Below, piece by piece: positions 33,701-44,284 of a stretch of 64,000 nt of DNA (position 1 is its first letter; each line of letters begins with the position of its first letter). Location of the stretch: the NCBI RefSeq assembly GCF_016432865.1, contig NC_067403.1, positions 256,370,001 to 256,434,000 on the forward strand, in the 5' to 3' direction. The notes under the pieces are model-generated. The model worked only from the letters and a program-made list of their open reading frames with translations, was not told the origin of the DNA and did no database searches. The position numbers and the translations under genes were made by a program. Source of the stretch: Antechinus flavipes. Its lineage: Eukaryota.

Positions 33701-36700
33701 GTAGCCTCTGAGCCCAAGCAGGGAAGACTGACTTAGCCGCCTTCCACTTTTCCAAGACAACTATCACGTCTCCCCTAAATCTTCTCTTCTCTAGGCTAAA
33801 CATCCCCATCTCCCCATAGGTGATTGAGATTGTGAAGAAACTTGAAACGCGGCGAAACCGGGAGGATGAGGAGGATCCGGAGCGGAAAGGGGCCATCGTG
33901 TTCAACGCCACCTCAGAGTTCTGCCGGACCCTGGGGGAGATCCCCACCTATGGGCTAGCTGGCAACCGGGAGGACCAAGAGGAGCTCATGGTGGGTCCTC
34001 TTAGGATGGGCCGGGCTGATGATGAATGAGCGGGCCCAGAGTGCGGGGGCTGGGGCACAGGGACTGCTCCAGAGGAGCCTGAGTGGCATCTCTTAACATC
34101 ATTCTGCTGGTTCCCCCCCTCCTAGGACTTTGAGCGAGATGAAGAAAGGTCTGCCAACGGAGGCTCCGAGTCTGATGGGGAGGAGAACATCGGCTGGAGC
34201 ACCGTCAACCTGGACGAGGAGAAGCAGCAGCAAGACGTGAGGGAGGGGTCCGCAGAGTGGGCAGGGTGGGGCGGGGTGGGGGGCTTGCACACCCACAATT
34301 GACCCAGGCTCCTTCCTCTCTTCCCCCAGTTCTCTGCTGCATCCACCACCATTCTGGATGAGGAGCCCATCGTGAACAGGGGCTTGGCTGCCGCCCTGCT
34401 CTTGTGTCAGAACAAAGGTAACGGGGAGGCTCTGGGGAGCCCCACGTGCACGGTCCGGGGAGGGCCTGGGGGTGGGGGGGAGGTTCTAAGGACTTTCTTC
34501 CTCAGGGCTGCTGGAGACAACGGTGCAGAAGGTGGCGCGGGTCAAGGCCCCCAACAAGTCTCTGCCCTCTGCTGTGTACTGCATCGAGGACAAGATGTGA
34601 GTGTGGTAGGGAGCCCCTGACCCTCGGAGCCGGGGGCCTGGGAGGGGCCTTCAGAGCTGGAAGGGCTTTTGGTGTCGTCCGCCACAGGGCCATCGATGAC
34701 AAGTACAGCCGAAGGGAAGAGTATCGTGGCTTCACACAGGATTTCAAGGAGAAAGACGGCTACAAGCCGGACGTCAAGATTGAGTATGTGGATGAGACTG
34801 GGAGGAAGCTGACGCCCAAGGAGGTAGGGAAGCCTCACTGGCAGCTTTCCTTTAGGTTCCATCTCGAGCCCAGGGTAACAGGTGGAACAACACTATTCTT
34901 CAAGAAGTAGGAATTCTTCTAAGACATTCTGGGGGGACATCCTGGGGGTCTTGCTTTCTTTTTAAACCATTCCTTGTATGGGTCTGGTTTCTAGTTTCCA
35001 TGCCATTGGGCTTTACCTCCTGGACCTTTCCTAATAATGCATTGTTATTATTAAGGTCTTTGTCCTTCCTTGAAACCCAGGCTTCTTGGTGCAGCCCAGA
35101 AAGGCCTTCACTGTTCTGGCTGCCAGCTCACGTGCCAGTTGGGTCCCACGTAATGTGGGGAGGGCAAGAAAAGGCAGGATAAAGTCTGGGTTATTTACCC
35201 ACCCTGCCTCTTCCTGTGACCATCTATATGATCTCATCTGTGTCTGGTCCTGTTTCATCAGTAAAATGAATAGGCCTTCAAGGTCTCTGAGCTCAGATGT
35301 TCGGACTTGGCCAGCTCGGCCTCCCCCAGTTAGGAGTCCAACAGGGCTTGGAAAGTGAACTGTCAGAGGAACGGGGGCCTGGGGCCGCGTCCTGTTGCTG
35401 TCCACTTTATCTTTGTCTCATCTGCCTTTGGGCGAACAAACCCTCCGTGCCCGCATTGAACCAGTTTTGAAGTAGCCAGCCTCCAGTATTTTGTAGCCCA
35501 CAAGGGAATCTTGGGACATTTTGCAGAGTGCCCTTGTCTGATGCCTGATCCGATAAGGCCGGTCCCATTTTGGCTGTTGGTGACCATCACGTTTGTCAGT
35601 CTTGCCAAGCCTCAGTCACACTACCAGCCTGTCCTGGCATTTGCTACTCCTATTGAAAACGGGGACATCAACTTCTTCTTGGTCCCGCTGCTTGTCCCCT
35701 TCTCTGTGAAGATCAGAGATGAGGGTCCGCCTCAGCTATTTTAGGACAGTGAGGGGCGCAGTTCTCTTGAGCTAGGTGACAAACTGTTCTGTTCCTCCTA
35801 GTCCAAATAATTCTCCCGAGAGGAAAAAAGCCGATGAAGTGCCAAGTTGTTTTTCTTTGTCCAGATTTTGACTCTCAGCCAATCTTCTCTGAGCTGTGTT
35901 CTTCTCCCTTCTTTATCTTGCTCCTGATCTAGCCTCCAAAGCCTCCCCCAGTTCAAGCCTGTGCACCTCTTCTTTTGGTTCTTACTCCCCTGGGCTGCCG
36001 CTTCTCGGCATCATGGGAAAGTTGGCTGCTTATCTCTGTGTACTGGGCCATCTTGGGTTTTTCTGCTTGACTGTTTGTGTGGTTCTTGGGAACTCACCTG
36101 CCTTTCCCGAACTTAGCGTCTCAGATGTCCTTTGTTCAGCCCTGAATTCTTCCTTGCGTTCAGTCATTTCCTCTGCCTGAAGACATCAATATTAAAGCAG
36201 GCCTCAGACATGTCAGGACCGTCTCACCCTGGCTGGTCCTCTTCTGTCCTTGGCCCAGATCTCTTTCTCCTGCACTAGAATGGCTTCCTGAAGGACGTTC
36301 TGAACTCCTGTCAGAGGCACAGTCCTTTCTGTGAAGATGAACCGACCTCCTGGTGGGAGGCCTGAGCAGACTTTGTATATAATGTGCCCGAGGTCATGGT
36401 CTTCTGTGGGCCACTCTGGGCCCCTGGTCTGGGCCGAAGCACTAAGCTTGCCTGGCCCAGAGCCCCGTTTTGAGCCAGCTCCTGCAAGTGTGCGTTGTAT
36501 CCTCCTAGCCTCCGAGTCGGTCACAGTAATGCCAAAGCCGGGCAAGGATTCCCGTCCTCGGGGTTAGCCGTGGGCTTCGCTGGTGACTTTGAGACCCATC
36601 TTAGCCAAATATCCAAGGCCGCCTCTCCTTCCTCTGGGCTCTGAGGAGATTCCTTGGGACTCTGCCCCCTCCCCCAGTCTCCACCTATGGCTAGGGTTTC

Positions 36701-37443
36701 ACTAATGATGTCATCATCTGGCTTCTGGCATCCTCTTCCCCATCCATCTCTATTGTTCACTATTCCCAAAACTACCAGCTGATCTCATGGGCATGAAGAC
36801 CCCCTTCTTACCCTTCAAACTACTGAGGCTCAAAGATGCTCTGTGGCTTTCCCACATTTCTTCCCTCAGAGTAGGGGCTTTTGATATAAAATTTGGTGCT
36901 TTTTAAAGTCTGTTTCTGTGCCTCCGGTTTTATTTCCCCAAGGCAGAACTAGCTGTACTTGTGCAGGACCATGTTGCCCCAAGCATTCACTGACTGCTCT
37001 TTCTGGCCAGGCTTTCCGGCAGCTGTCCCACCGGTTCCATGGAAAGGGCTCAGGCAAAATGAAGACCGAACGTCGGATGAAGAAGCTCGATGAGGAAGCT
37101 GTGAGTGGCCAATGGAGTCCGGGGTGGGGTGGGATATCTTCCGTGGCTTAGCCGGGGAAAGGGGACTGAGTGTGAGCTGTCCCCTTTTTACAGCTCTTGA
37201 AGAAGATGAGCTCCAGTGACACCCCCCTGGGCACAGTGGCCTTGCTCCAGGAGAAACAGAAGGCCCAGAAGACCCCATACATTGTGCTCAGTGGCAGTGG
37301 CAAGAGCATGAACGCGTGAGCAGGGGATGGGGGCTTTCTTGGCTGGGAGGGGGGGAGGGGGAAGTGCCTATATCTGCTTCTCTTTTGCCATCTCTTCCTC
37401 ATCTCTCACCTCTTCTTTCCACAGGAACACCATCACAAAGTGA
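27179..37443 (+). CDS. SART1: U4/U6.U5 tri-snRNP-associated protein 1 (Snu66 homologue), 20 exons, ~812 aa
   Basis: Exons 27179-27521, 29498-29555, 29740-29795, 30093-30222, 30372-30477, 30717-30794, 30916-31015, 31137-31279, 31399-31605, 33007-33131, 33214-33347, 33429-33559, 33820-33990, 34126-34236, 34330-34417, 34506-34596, 34688-34823, 37011-37100, 37194-37315, 37425-37443 (2439 nt). [12 protein letters not shown] start, HIND motif [39 protein letters not shown], ends NTITK. Confidence 0.97.
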
Positions 37444-37475
37444 AGACGTCCCATTTCCCCAGTCCTTTAATATTA

Positions 37476-37481
37476 AATAAA
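37476..37481 (+). terminator. SART1 polyadenylation signal AATAAA
   Basis: 33 nt after the stop codon, followed by a U-rich tract near 37491-37500. Confidence 0.75.
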
Positions 37482-37902
37482 AATCCCTACTTATTTTTTC
37501 CTCCCTCGTTTAAGTTATGATTCCATTTTTCCCTGCTTTGGGCCTAAGGTGGGGGGTGGGCATAAAAATAAGCGTTGCCTCTGCCCCAGCCCATTCTGAA
37601 CCACCCCTGCTGGCTGGCGAACACCGGCCAGCCCCACCCAGCCATTCTTTTGGTCTCTCCTTTTCACTGGAGTGAGACATCAAAGTCGGAATCGCTTTAC
37701 TAGGCACACTGGTACACGTCAATGCACGGCTCTCTCTCAACCCACCAGGGGTTTAATCTCTTACAGAGAAGAGCAGGAGTTCAGGTGGGAGCCCGGCCTC
37801 ATCCCCATCCAGGGGGTGGGCACACAGAGCAAGCCCATTTATGTCCGTGGAGGTGGGGTCGGGGGGCAGACTCGGCTTCCAGCTGGCAGGGAGGCTGGAG
37901 CC

Positions 37903-38882
37903 TCAGGCCTCCTCCTCGCTCTCCTCCTCGCTCTCCTGGTACTGGACGCGATTGGTGTTGACGAAGAGGTCAGAATCGTCTTCAGAACTGTCGTCTTCAG
38001 AAGACTGGGTTTCTCCTGGAAGTTCTGGCTGAGGCGGTCTGCAGGGAGGAGGCAGATGGGAGTGAGAGGGGCTCCCTGGGCCTTTCAGACCTTGTGGTGA
38101 AGGAGGCAGACTGGACCCGAGGGCCGGGCTGGACACAGCCCATCTCTGAGCTCAGAGGGGCCGGGGCCAGGGCTTCCTCACCTGTTCCTGCTGTTGCTCT
38201 GCTTCTCGGCTACCTCAGAGAAGGCTTCCGGCCTAAATAAAGAGGATGAGGAGTTGGGGTGGGGATGAGCTGGGCCATGCAAGCCCTTCCCCCAGGACCA
38301 GGCAGCCCTACCAGAGTCCCTCCTTCTGCAGGGAGCGCACGTGGTCCTTGCAGAGCACGAAGGAGATCTCGGCCTTCACCTTCTCCCCTTCCTCAATGGG
38401 GTCCACGATGAGAAAGTCGCCTGTGGGAGAGGGGCCCACTGAGGCTTCGGGGCTGCCCAGAGGGCTGGGGTTTCACGGCAGCCCCGGCTCCCGACCCACC
38501 CCTCACCTCTCTTGATCCAGATGTTCTTGCGATACTTGGAGGGCATGCTGACCAGAAAGCGCTGCCCCTGGGCAGTCTCCACTTCGTGCAGGTTGTTGCC
38601 AGGGGTCCCTAAAACCTGCCCCATGATGGAAGAGAGCCTGGGATGGGGGAATGAAGGGGGGAGGGGGGACAGTGGCCCAGTGGGGAAGGGCAGTGAACCC
38701 TGGATGGGGGAGTGAAGGAACTGTGGCCCTGGTGCAGCCCCCTCCCCAATGACCCAGCAGCAGGGATGGGGGAGTGACACTGGGAGGAAGCTCACCCTCA
38801 CAATCTGTTGCTGGTCCGAGGGCACCATGTGCTCCCCAAGCACCTCCTGCACCACATGCTTCCTCTTGGTAGCCTGAGACAT
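37903..38882 (-). CDS. EIF1AD: eIF1A-domain RNA-binding protein, 5 coding exons, 163 aa
   Basis: Exons 38882-38796, 38615-38507, 38420-38312, 38232-38182, 38038-37903. [112 protein letters not shown]...SDLFVNTNR. Confidence 0.97.
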
Positions 38883-39099
38883 GCTGGGTCCGAGGCTGTA
38901 GATATCAGGACAGACCCCCCACCCCCCCAAGAGGGGTCAATGGCCTGCTGGGGGATTCTCTCAGTGGCGCGCGGGCACACACACACACACACACACAAAA
39001 CTCTGGGGCCCGAACCCAGCCCCTCCTTTTGCAAATGAGGAAACTTGAGGCATGCGATGGAGGGGCAGGGGCCGCCCCAGTTTCCGGATAATCTCAATG

Positions 39100-40100
39100 T
39101 GTGGGTGCGAGCCGGGGTTGGGCGGTCACCACTGGAAGAGGCGAGGGGAAGGCCTGGGTCGTGGGCCGGGATCTGGAGCCTGAGCCCCGCCTCGCCGCCT
39201 GCACGGAGCCTTCCCGTACAGACGCCACCGGTCCTCTTCCCGCTTACCTTCCTCCTGCCGCCGCCGACGCCGCCGCTGCTTCCCACAGACCTCGCCAGCC
39301 CGAGCCGGGGACTTCCGGAGACCACACTTCCGGTGCGCAGGCCCAAGGGCTCCCCTCCGGGGCCTCGGAGTCCCCGCCTAACTCTTCCCCCTGGGAGGCA
39401 GCGCAGACCCCGGCGCTTCAGTTCCGCCACCACCGCCGGCCCCGAGGTGGACTGAGTGAAGAGCCTCCGGAGGTGCCACGAGTGTGCAGAGCGCCCTTCG
39501 CTCCACCGGGAAGAGCGCGGCCGGAGGTCTGGCCATAGAGAAGGAAGGACAGAGCGCACGCCATCTCCGTGGTAACCGTCCGGAAGCACGCTTCCGCCGC
39601 AGGAGAGCGTGCACCGTCTCTATGGTCACTTACTCGAACAGAACACGCCCAGTAGAACATTCAGCTCTCGCTTCCTGACGTCCTAGCCATAGTCTGGCCC
39701 CGCCCCCTTCCCGCCTTCATTCAAATCGACCATGCCCCGGAAACGACCTCGACAACCCGGAAGCGGAAGCCGGCACACGCCGTGCAGTATTGAGGCAGAG
39801 GCGGGAGAGGCCAGTTGCTGGGATTGTGACCGTTACGGGAGCCGGAGCCGGAGCCGGTGGGCGCGCGCGCGGCTTGCGGGCGCCAGGGTCTCGGGCAGGG
39901 GTGGGGCGGGAAAGCAAAGAGGGGACGGGGGAGGGTCGGCCGGGTGTTGTGGCCCCCTCCCTCCCTCCCGCTTGGGAACGTGGGGGGCTGGCATGGGGAG
40001 GAGGGGGCGGGGTCAGGGAAGGGGCGGGGCCGCGTGAATCCTGCAGGCGGGAGAGGCAGGCCAGCACGTGTGGGCGGGGCGGGCCGTGTGAGCTTTTTTC
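39100..40100. promoter_or_regulatory. Bidirectional EIF1AD/BANF1 CpG-island promoter with non-coding first exons
   Basis: Clustered CCGGAAG/CTTCCG ETS sites; minus-strand donors GTAAGC (39247) and GTAAGT (39633) and acceptor CTACAG (exon from 38895) for the EIF1AD leader; plus-strand donor GTGGGC (39857) and acceptor at 40346 for the BANF1 leader. Confidence 0.75.
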
Positions 40101-40374
40101 CCCTTCCCGTCGCGGAACTTGGGGGGCGTGGGCGGGGAGAAAGGGCGGGGCCATGTGGACCAAGCTGTCAAACACGTGCGGGCTGGGCGGGATCGATTCA
40201 GTGTGATGGGGGGGGGGGGAAGGAAGAAGCGGGGCAAGGTGGCGGATGCGTGTAAGCATGTGCAGTCTGGTCGGGAGCTGCCAGGGGCGGAACGGGTGCA
40301 GTGACTCCACCTCTGGCTCCTCCCCTGGAGCCTTCTTTCCCCCCAGGGGTAGTGGCCAGCAGGTCAGAGAAGCC

Positions 40375-41205
40375 ATGACGACCTCCCAGAAGCACCGGGA
40401 CTTCGTGGCCGAGCCCATGGGGGATAAGCCCGTGTGCTGCCTGGCGGGCATCGGAGAAGTGCTAGGCAAGAAGCTTGAGGACAAGGGTTTCGACAAGGTC
40501 CGGGCCCTCGGGTTACACAAGGGGAAGCCGAGGTCGGGGAGGGAGCCGTCTGAGCGCCCGCCGTCCCATGGTTGGTTTGGGGAGCCAAGTGTACACGTGG
40601 ACATGCAGAATCGCAAACCCCAAATGATTCCCAAGGGCATGGATTCTTGGGGAAGCCTCAGAAAGGGAGCCATGGGGCACGGAGGCTGTTGTCAGTTCAC
40701 TTTTGAGCCTCAGTTTGATACCCGTCTCCCCACCCCATTTCTCAGCCAAGCAGGAGAGCGGAAGCGGCACTGTGGGCTAGGACAGTATTTGAGGAGGGGA
40801 AGGGGTCGGCCCTCTGGGAGGTGGTCCTTGGACACTTGGATTTGAGTTGGAAGGGAAGAGAGAGCAGGGAGCGAGAGACGTTCTCACGACTGTGACTGAG
40901 CTCCAGGACGTTCCCAGGTGCCAGACCAGGCCGGCTCGGACGCTGACCATCCCCTCCCGTCCCAGCAACATTCAGAAAGCTGAAAGGGGACGACGTGTGC
41001 TCAGTGCCGGAGCCCAGGCCTTTGTTCTGTCTCATCTCCTTTATTCTGTCTCTTCCAGGCCTATGTGGTTCTAGGCCAGTTCCTGGTGCTGAAAAAAGAC
41101 GAAGACCTCTTCCGGGAGTGGCTCAAAGACACCTGCGGGGCAAATGCCAAGCAGTCTCGGGATTGCTTTGGCTGCCTTCGAGAGTGGTGTGATGCCTTCT
41201 TGTGA
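40375..41205 (+). CDS. BANF1: Barrier-to-autointegration factor, 2 coding exons, 89 aa
   Basis: Exons 40375-40497 and 41059-41205: [89 protein letters not shown]. Confidence 0.98.
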
Positions 41206-41568
41206 GCCCTGTGCCTGGGGGCCGGCCCCCCTTTATCCCTCAGATGGGGCTTCACAGTTAGCACCCCCAAGTGGGAAATCCTGTCCCTCCTTCCCTTCCC
41301 ACTCCCAAGAAAAGGAAAGATTTTTGCTGCCGCCCCTACTTGGGACACCTTCCCCCTCCACTCTCGTTTTGACACAAGTCTCCCTGCCCGCACCTCAGCA
41401 TGTCTCCTGTCCCGTAAATTCCAGTGGCGATAGTTATTAGCTTTCCTGGGTGGGTCTCTGGAGTGACTTCCCCACTCCCTAAACCCCCACTTCTTGTTTC
41501 TTTTATGCCATTTGGATAGTTTTGGCAAAAGAACATTCACTGCCATTGTAAAGAGTTTTTTTAAAACC

Positions 41569-41574
41569 AATAAA
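41569..41574 (+). terminator. BANF1 polyadenylation signal AATAAA
   Basis: 364 nt after the stop codon; GT-rich text follows near 41590-41610. Confidence 0.65.
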
Positions 41575-41688
41575 AGTCAGCAGCCTTGACATCTGGTCTT
41601 AGTGTGTGGAATAGCAAGTGGGGAGGGAGGTGCGACAATGGGGTAGGGGGGCACCTTGCAGGCGGCCAGTCTTCAAAAACAGGCCTTT

Positions 41689-41796
41689 ACTGCTTGCCAT
41701 CTAGGGGAGGGGGTGGAGGGAGGGAGGGGAAAAAAAAATCGGAACAGAAACGAGTGTCAATATAAAGTAATTATTAAATAAAAAATTAAAAAAAAA
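41689..41796 (+). mobile_element. Young, heavily 5'-truncated L1 3' tail with 14-bp TSD
   Basis: AAAAACAGGCCTTT at 41675-41688 and 41797-41810; body CCATCTAGGGGAGGGG...GTCAATATAAAGTAATTATTAAATA plus poly(A) matches the reverse complement of L1 ends at 63080-63200 and 63940-64000. Confidence 0.85.
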
Positions 41797-44284
41797 AAAA
41801 ACAGGCCTTTTATCCACTACCAAGTCAAACTGCAAACCTGGCCACCTTCAGGCCACGGGAGTCAGTGTCTTGGGACTTGGGCAGATATGTTGGTGTCCGA
41901 AGTCCTCAGTTAAGGGGGGTGGGAAGTTTGTACAGTTTCCTCCTAGGGCGGAGGTTTCAGGTGTGCCCACGTACGTGGTAAAGGCAGAGGGGTCCAGCGG
42001 TTAGTGGTGGGCAGCTCAGGATGTGGGTCATCCGTCACCTGTTGAGATGGGCCGTCTGCCAAGTCCAAGGCCTGACTGATCGGAGTTTCCTGTACTAGAT
42101 TAGCTGGGGGTGGGAGCGCAGATGTTCACCTTCAGAATGACTGCAGGGAGGAAGGTACCATTCCTGTGTTAACCACACCATTCCGGGCATAAGAAAACAC
42201 TTGAATATTTGGGATGGAGCCAGGGGACCAGGTGCCAAGGAGGAATTGAAGCTCGAAGGACATTTCAGTTCCATAAGGAAAAAAATGCTTGATGGGAAAA
42301 ATAATTCACCATCACTGATCTGCCCAAAGAACGTCACATTTTCTGTCACAAGAGAAACATCCTTGACTCCTGAACACTCCCCCTCGCCCCAATTCTGTTA
42401 TCACATGGTTTGGAAGCAAAGTCCTGGCTTTAAATTATTCCCCCATTGTGATCGGTATAACTAAGCAATTCCCTCTCTGGACACCGACTTCCTCATCCTT
42501 TACAAATTGGAGTGTTTACTTCCAGCTCTAGACCTCTGATCCTGTGGGACTGATAGCAAGAGGAGAGCGGAGGTTGGATTTCTAGTCCCGTGGTGGCGAA
42601 GGAATGTCCCTGTGGCTAAGTTGGGTAATTCAGACTCCCACTGCCTCCAGGAAGCCTTCCCTGACTCCAGCCCACACTGACTTTTCCCCTTTCTGTTACC
42701 TTCCCCAGTCTTTCTGTTGCTTAGACACTGAAGTATTGTCCTGTTCTGGGACTCTTGGGAGGATTGAGCAAAGGGGTGAGACAGAATCTGCCTTGAGGTG
42801 GTGAGCTCGGGGAGCCAAGCCTTGGTGGGGGGCTCAGGAGGCCGGCGGTCCCCATTTTGCAGGTTCTTGGCCCAAGTTAGGCTGATAGGAGATACGGAGA
42901 GTGATGGCAGCTGGTCCCTGTGTTCCGCTGGTGGGGAAAGGGCAGCCCAAGATCCTGTGGCCACTTGTGATGTTAGCTGGGATCGTGGCTTTGGAAAGTG
43001 TGAAGCGGCCAGAGGATGACAGGACAAAGGGCTCCTGTTTGGTTGGACAGGCCTGGGTGGACTCGTGGGAAAGGGTGAGCCAGCAACTTGCTGCTCCCTG
43101 CCCAAGGGGCTGTTATCTGATCTTAGGCCCACAGGAATCCTAGGCTGGGCGTGATCTCCAGGAGGAGAGGATGGGGCTGGGCTTTCCTATAGGCAAATAT
43201 TGACTGAGCACCCACTCTGCTCCCCAGTCTTGCCCAGCCTTGCCCAGCCCGACCTTTTCAGTGCCCTCCGCCCGCACCCTGCTAGCAGTTGCCGGCCTAG
43301 GCTTGGTTGGAACCATCTGGAACTCTAGCTAGAGCTGGGCAAGGGCCCTTCTTTGGGATCTGAGGAGGTTCAAAGGAGCCCACCAAGCCCCCCCCCCCAT
43401 ATCCTTATAGGCGTATCGAGTCCTTCCTTGGTATCCCGCAGACTGAATGGGGGCTAAGCCAGTGACAGATGGGGTTCGACCCTGCTGGTTCAGAACCCAG
43501 GATTCCCACCGTAAGGGTCACTTGGATTCAAGCATCTCCAGAACCCAAGGAAATAACGTGCTGACCTCGGTGGGGCCTCGGTGGGGCCTCGGTGGATAGG
43601 CAAACTGGCTGAGGGGAAAGGTCAGGAAAGGTCTGGAGCCTGGTAACAGCTGGATGACCAGAGGCGGAGCATCAGCACCCAAACACACTTCCTGTGCTGA
43701 GGAGAGAGCTAGGACCAGGAGGCCCGGACCGGGATTCTGGGTACCAGGTCATGTGACTTCCAAATAGTTTGTGGAGGTTGGAAAAGAAGGGGAAATCACA
43801 TAGGATTGAAGGAGATGAAGTAGGCCCTGGAGAGAACAGGACGGGGACACAGAGGAGACACATGGGCCAGATTTCAGAGAGAACTGTACAGCCTGCCTGG
43901 CTCCCTAGACCTTGTTAAATAAGGAATGATGAGCCAGCCTTCAGAAAAAGGGGGTCAGCGGGGCTTCCTCCTTCCCAAGAAGGCCACACCAGACTTGGGG
44001 CCCATTTCCTCTCCTGACAGGGGGACATCACGGGCCAATCAAAGGAATAGGATGATAAACAGCAAAGCCGCCAACAAAATACTCAAAACTGCTAAAAGAA
44101 CCCATTGCTAGCCCCGGTGCTAAACTTGTCTGCGGGGGAAGGACCAGAGGCAGAAGTAGAGCGTCCCGCCTGGGTCTGACCCCAGCTGGGAGGGTCGGGG
44201 TGGGCCAGGCCCAGATCTGAACACACCCCCGAAGGAAGGCAAAAGCCCGAGAACTGACTTGGGGGTTCCCACTCTCCCAGCTCT

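Noticed and set aside
39717-40673. 318-aa minus-strand ORF antisense to BANF1
   Set aside because: GC-rich shadow frame over the promoter and BANF1 exon 2; no homology or domain seen.
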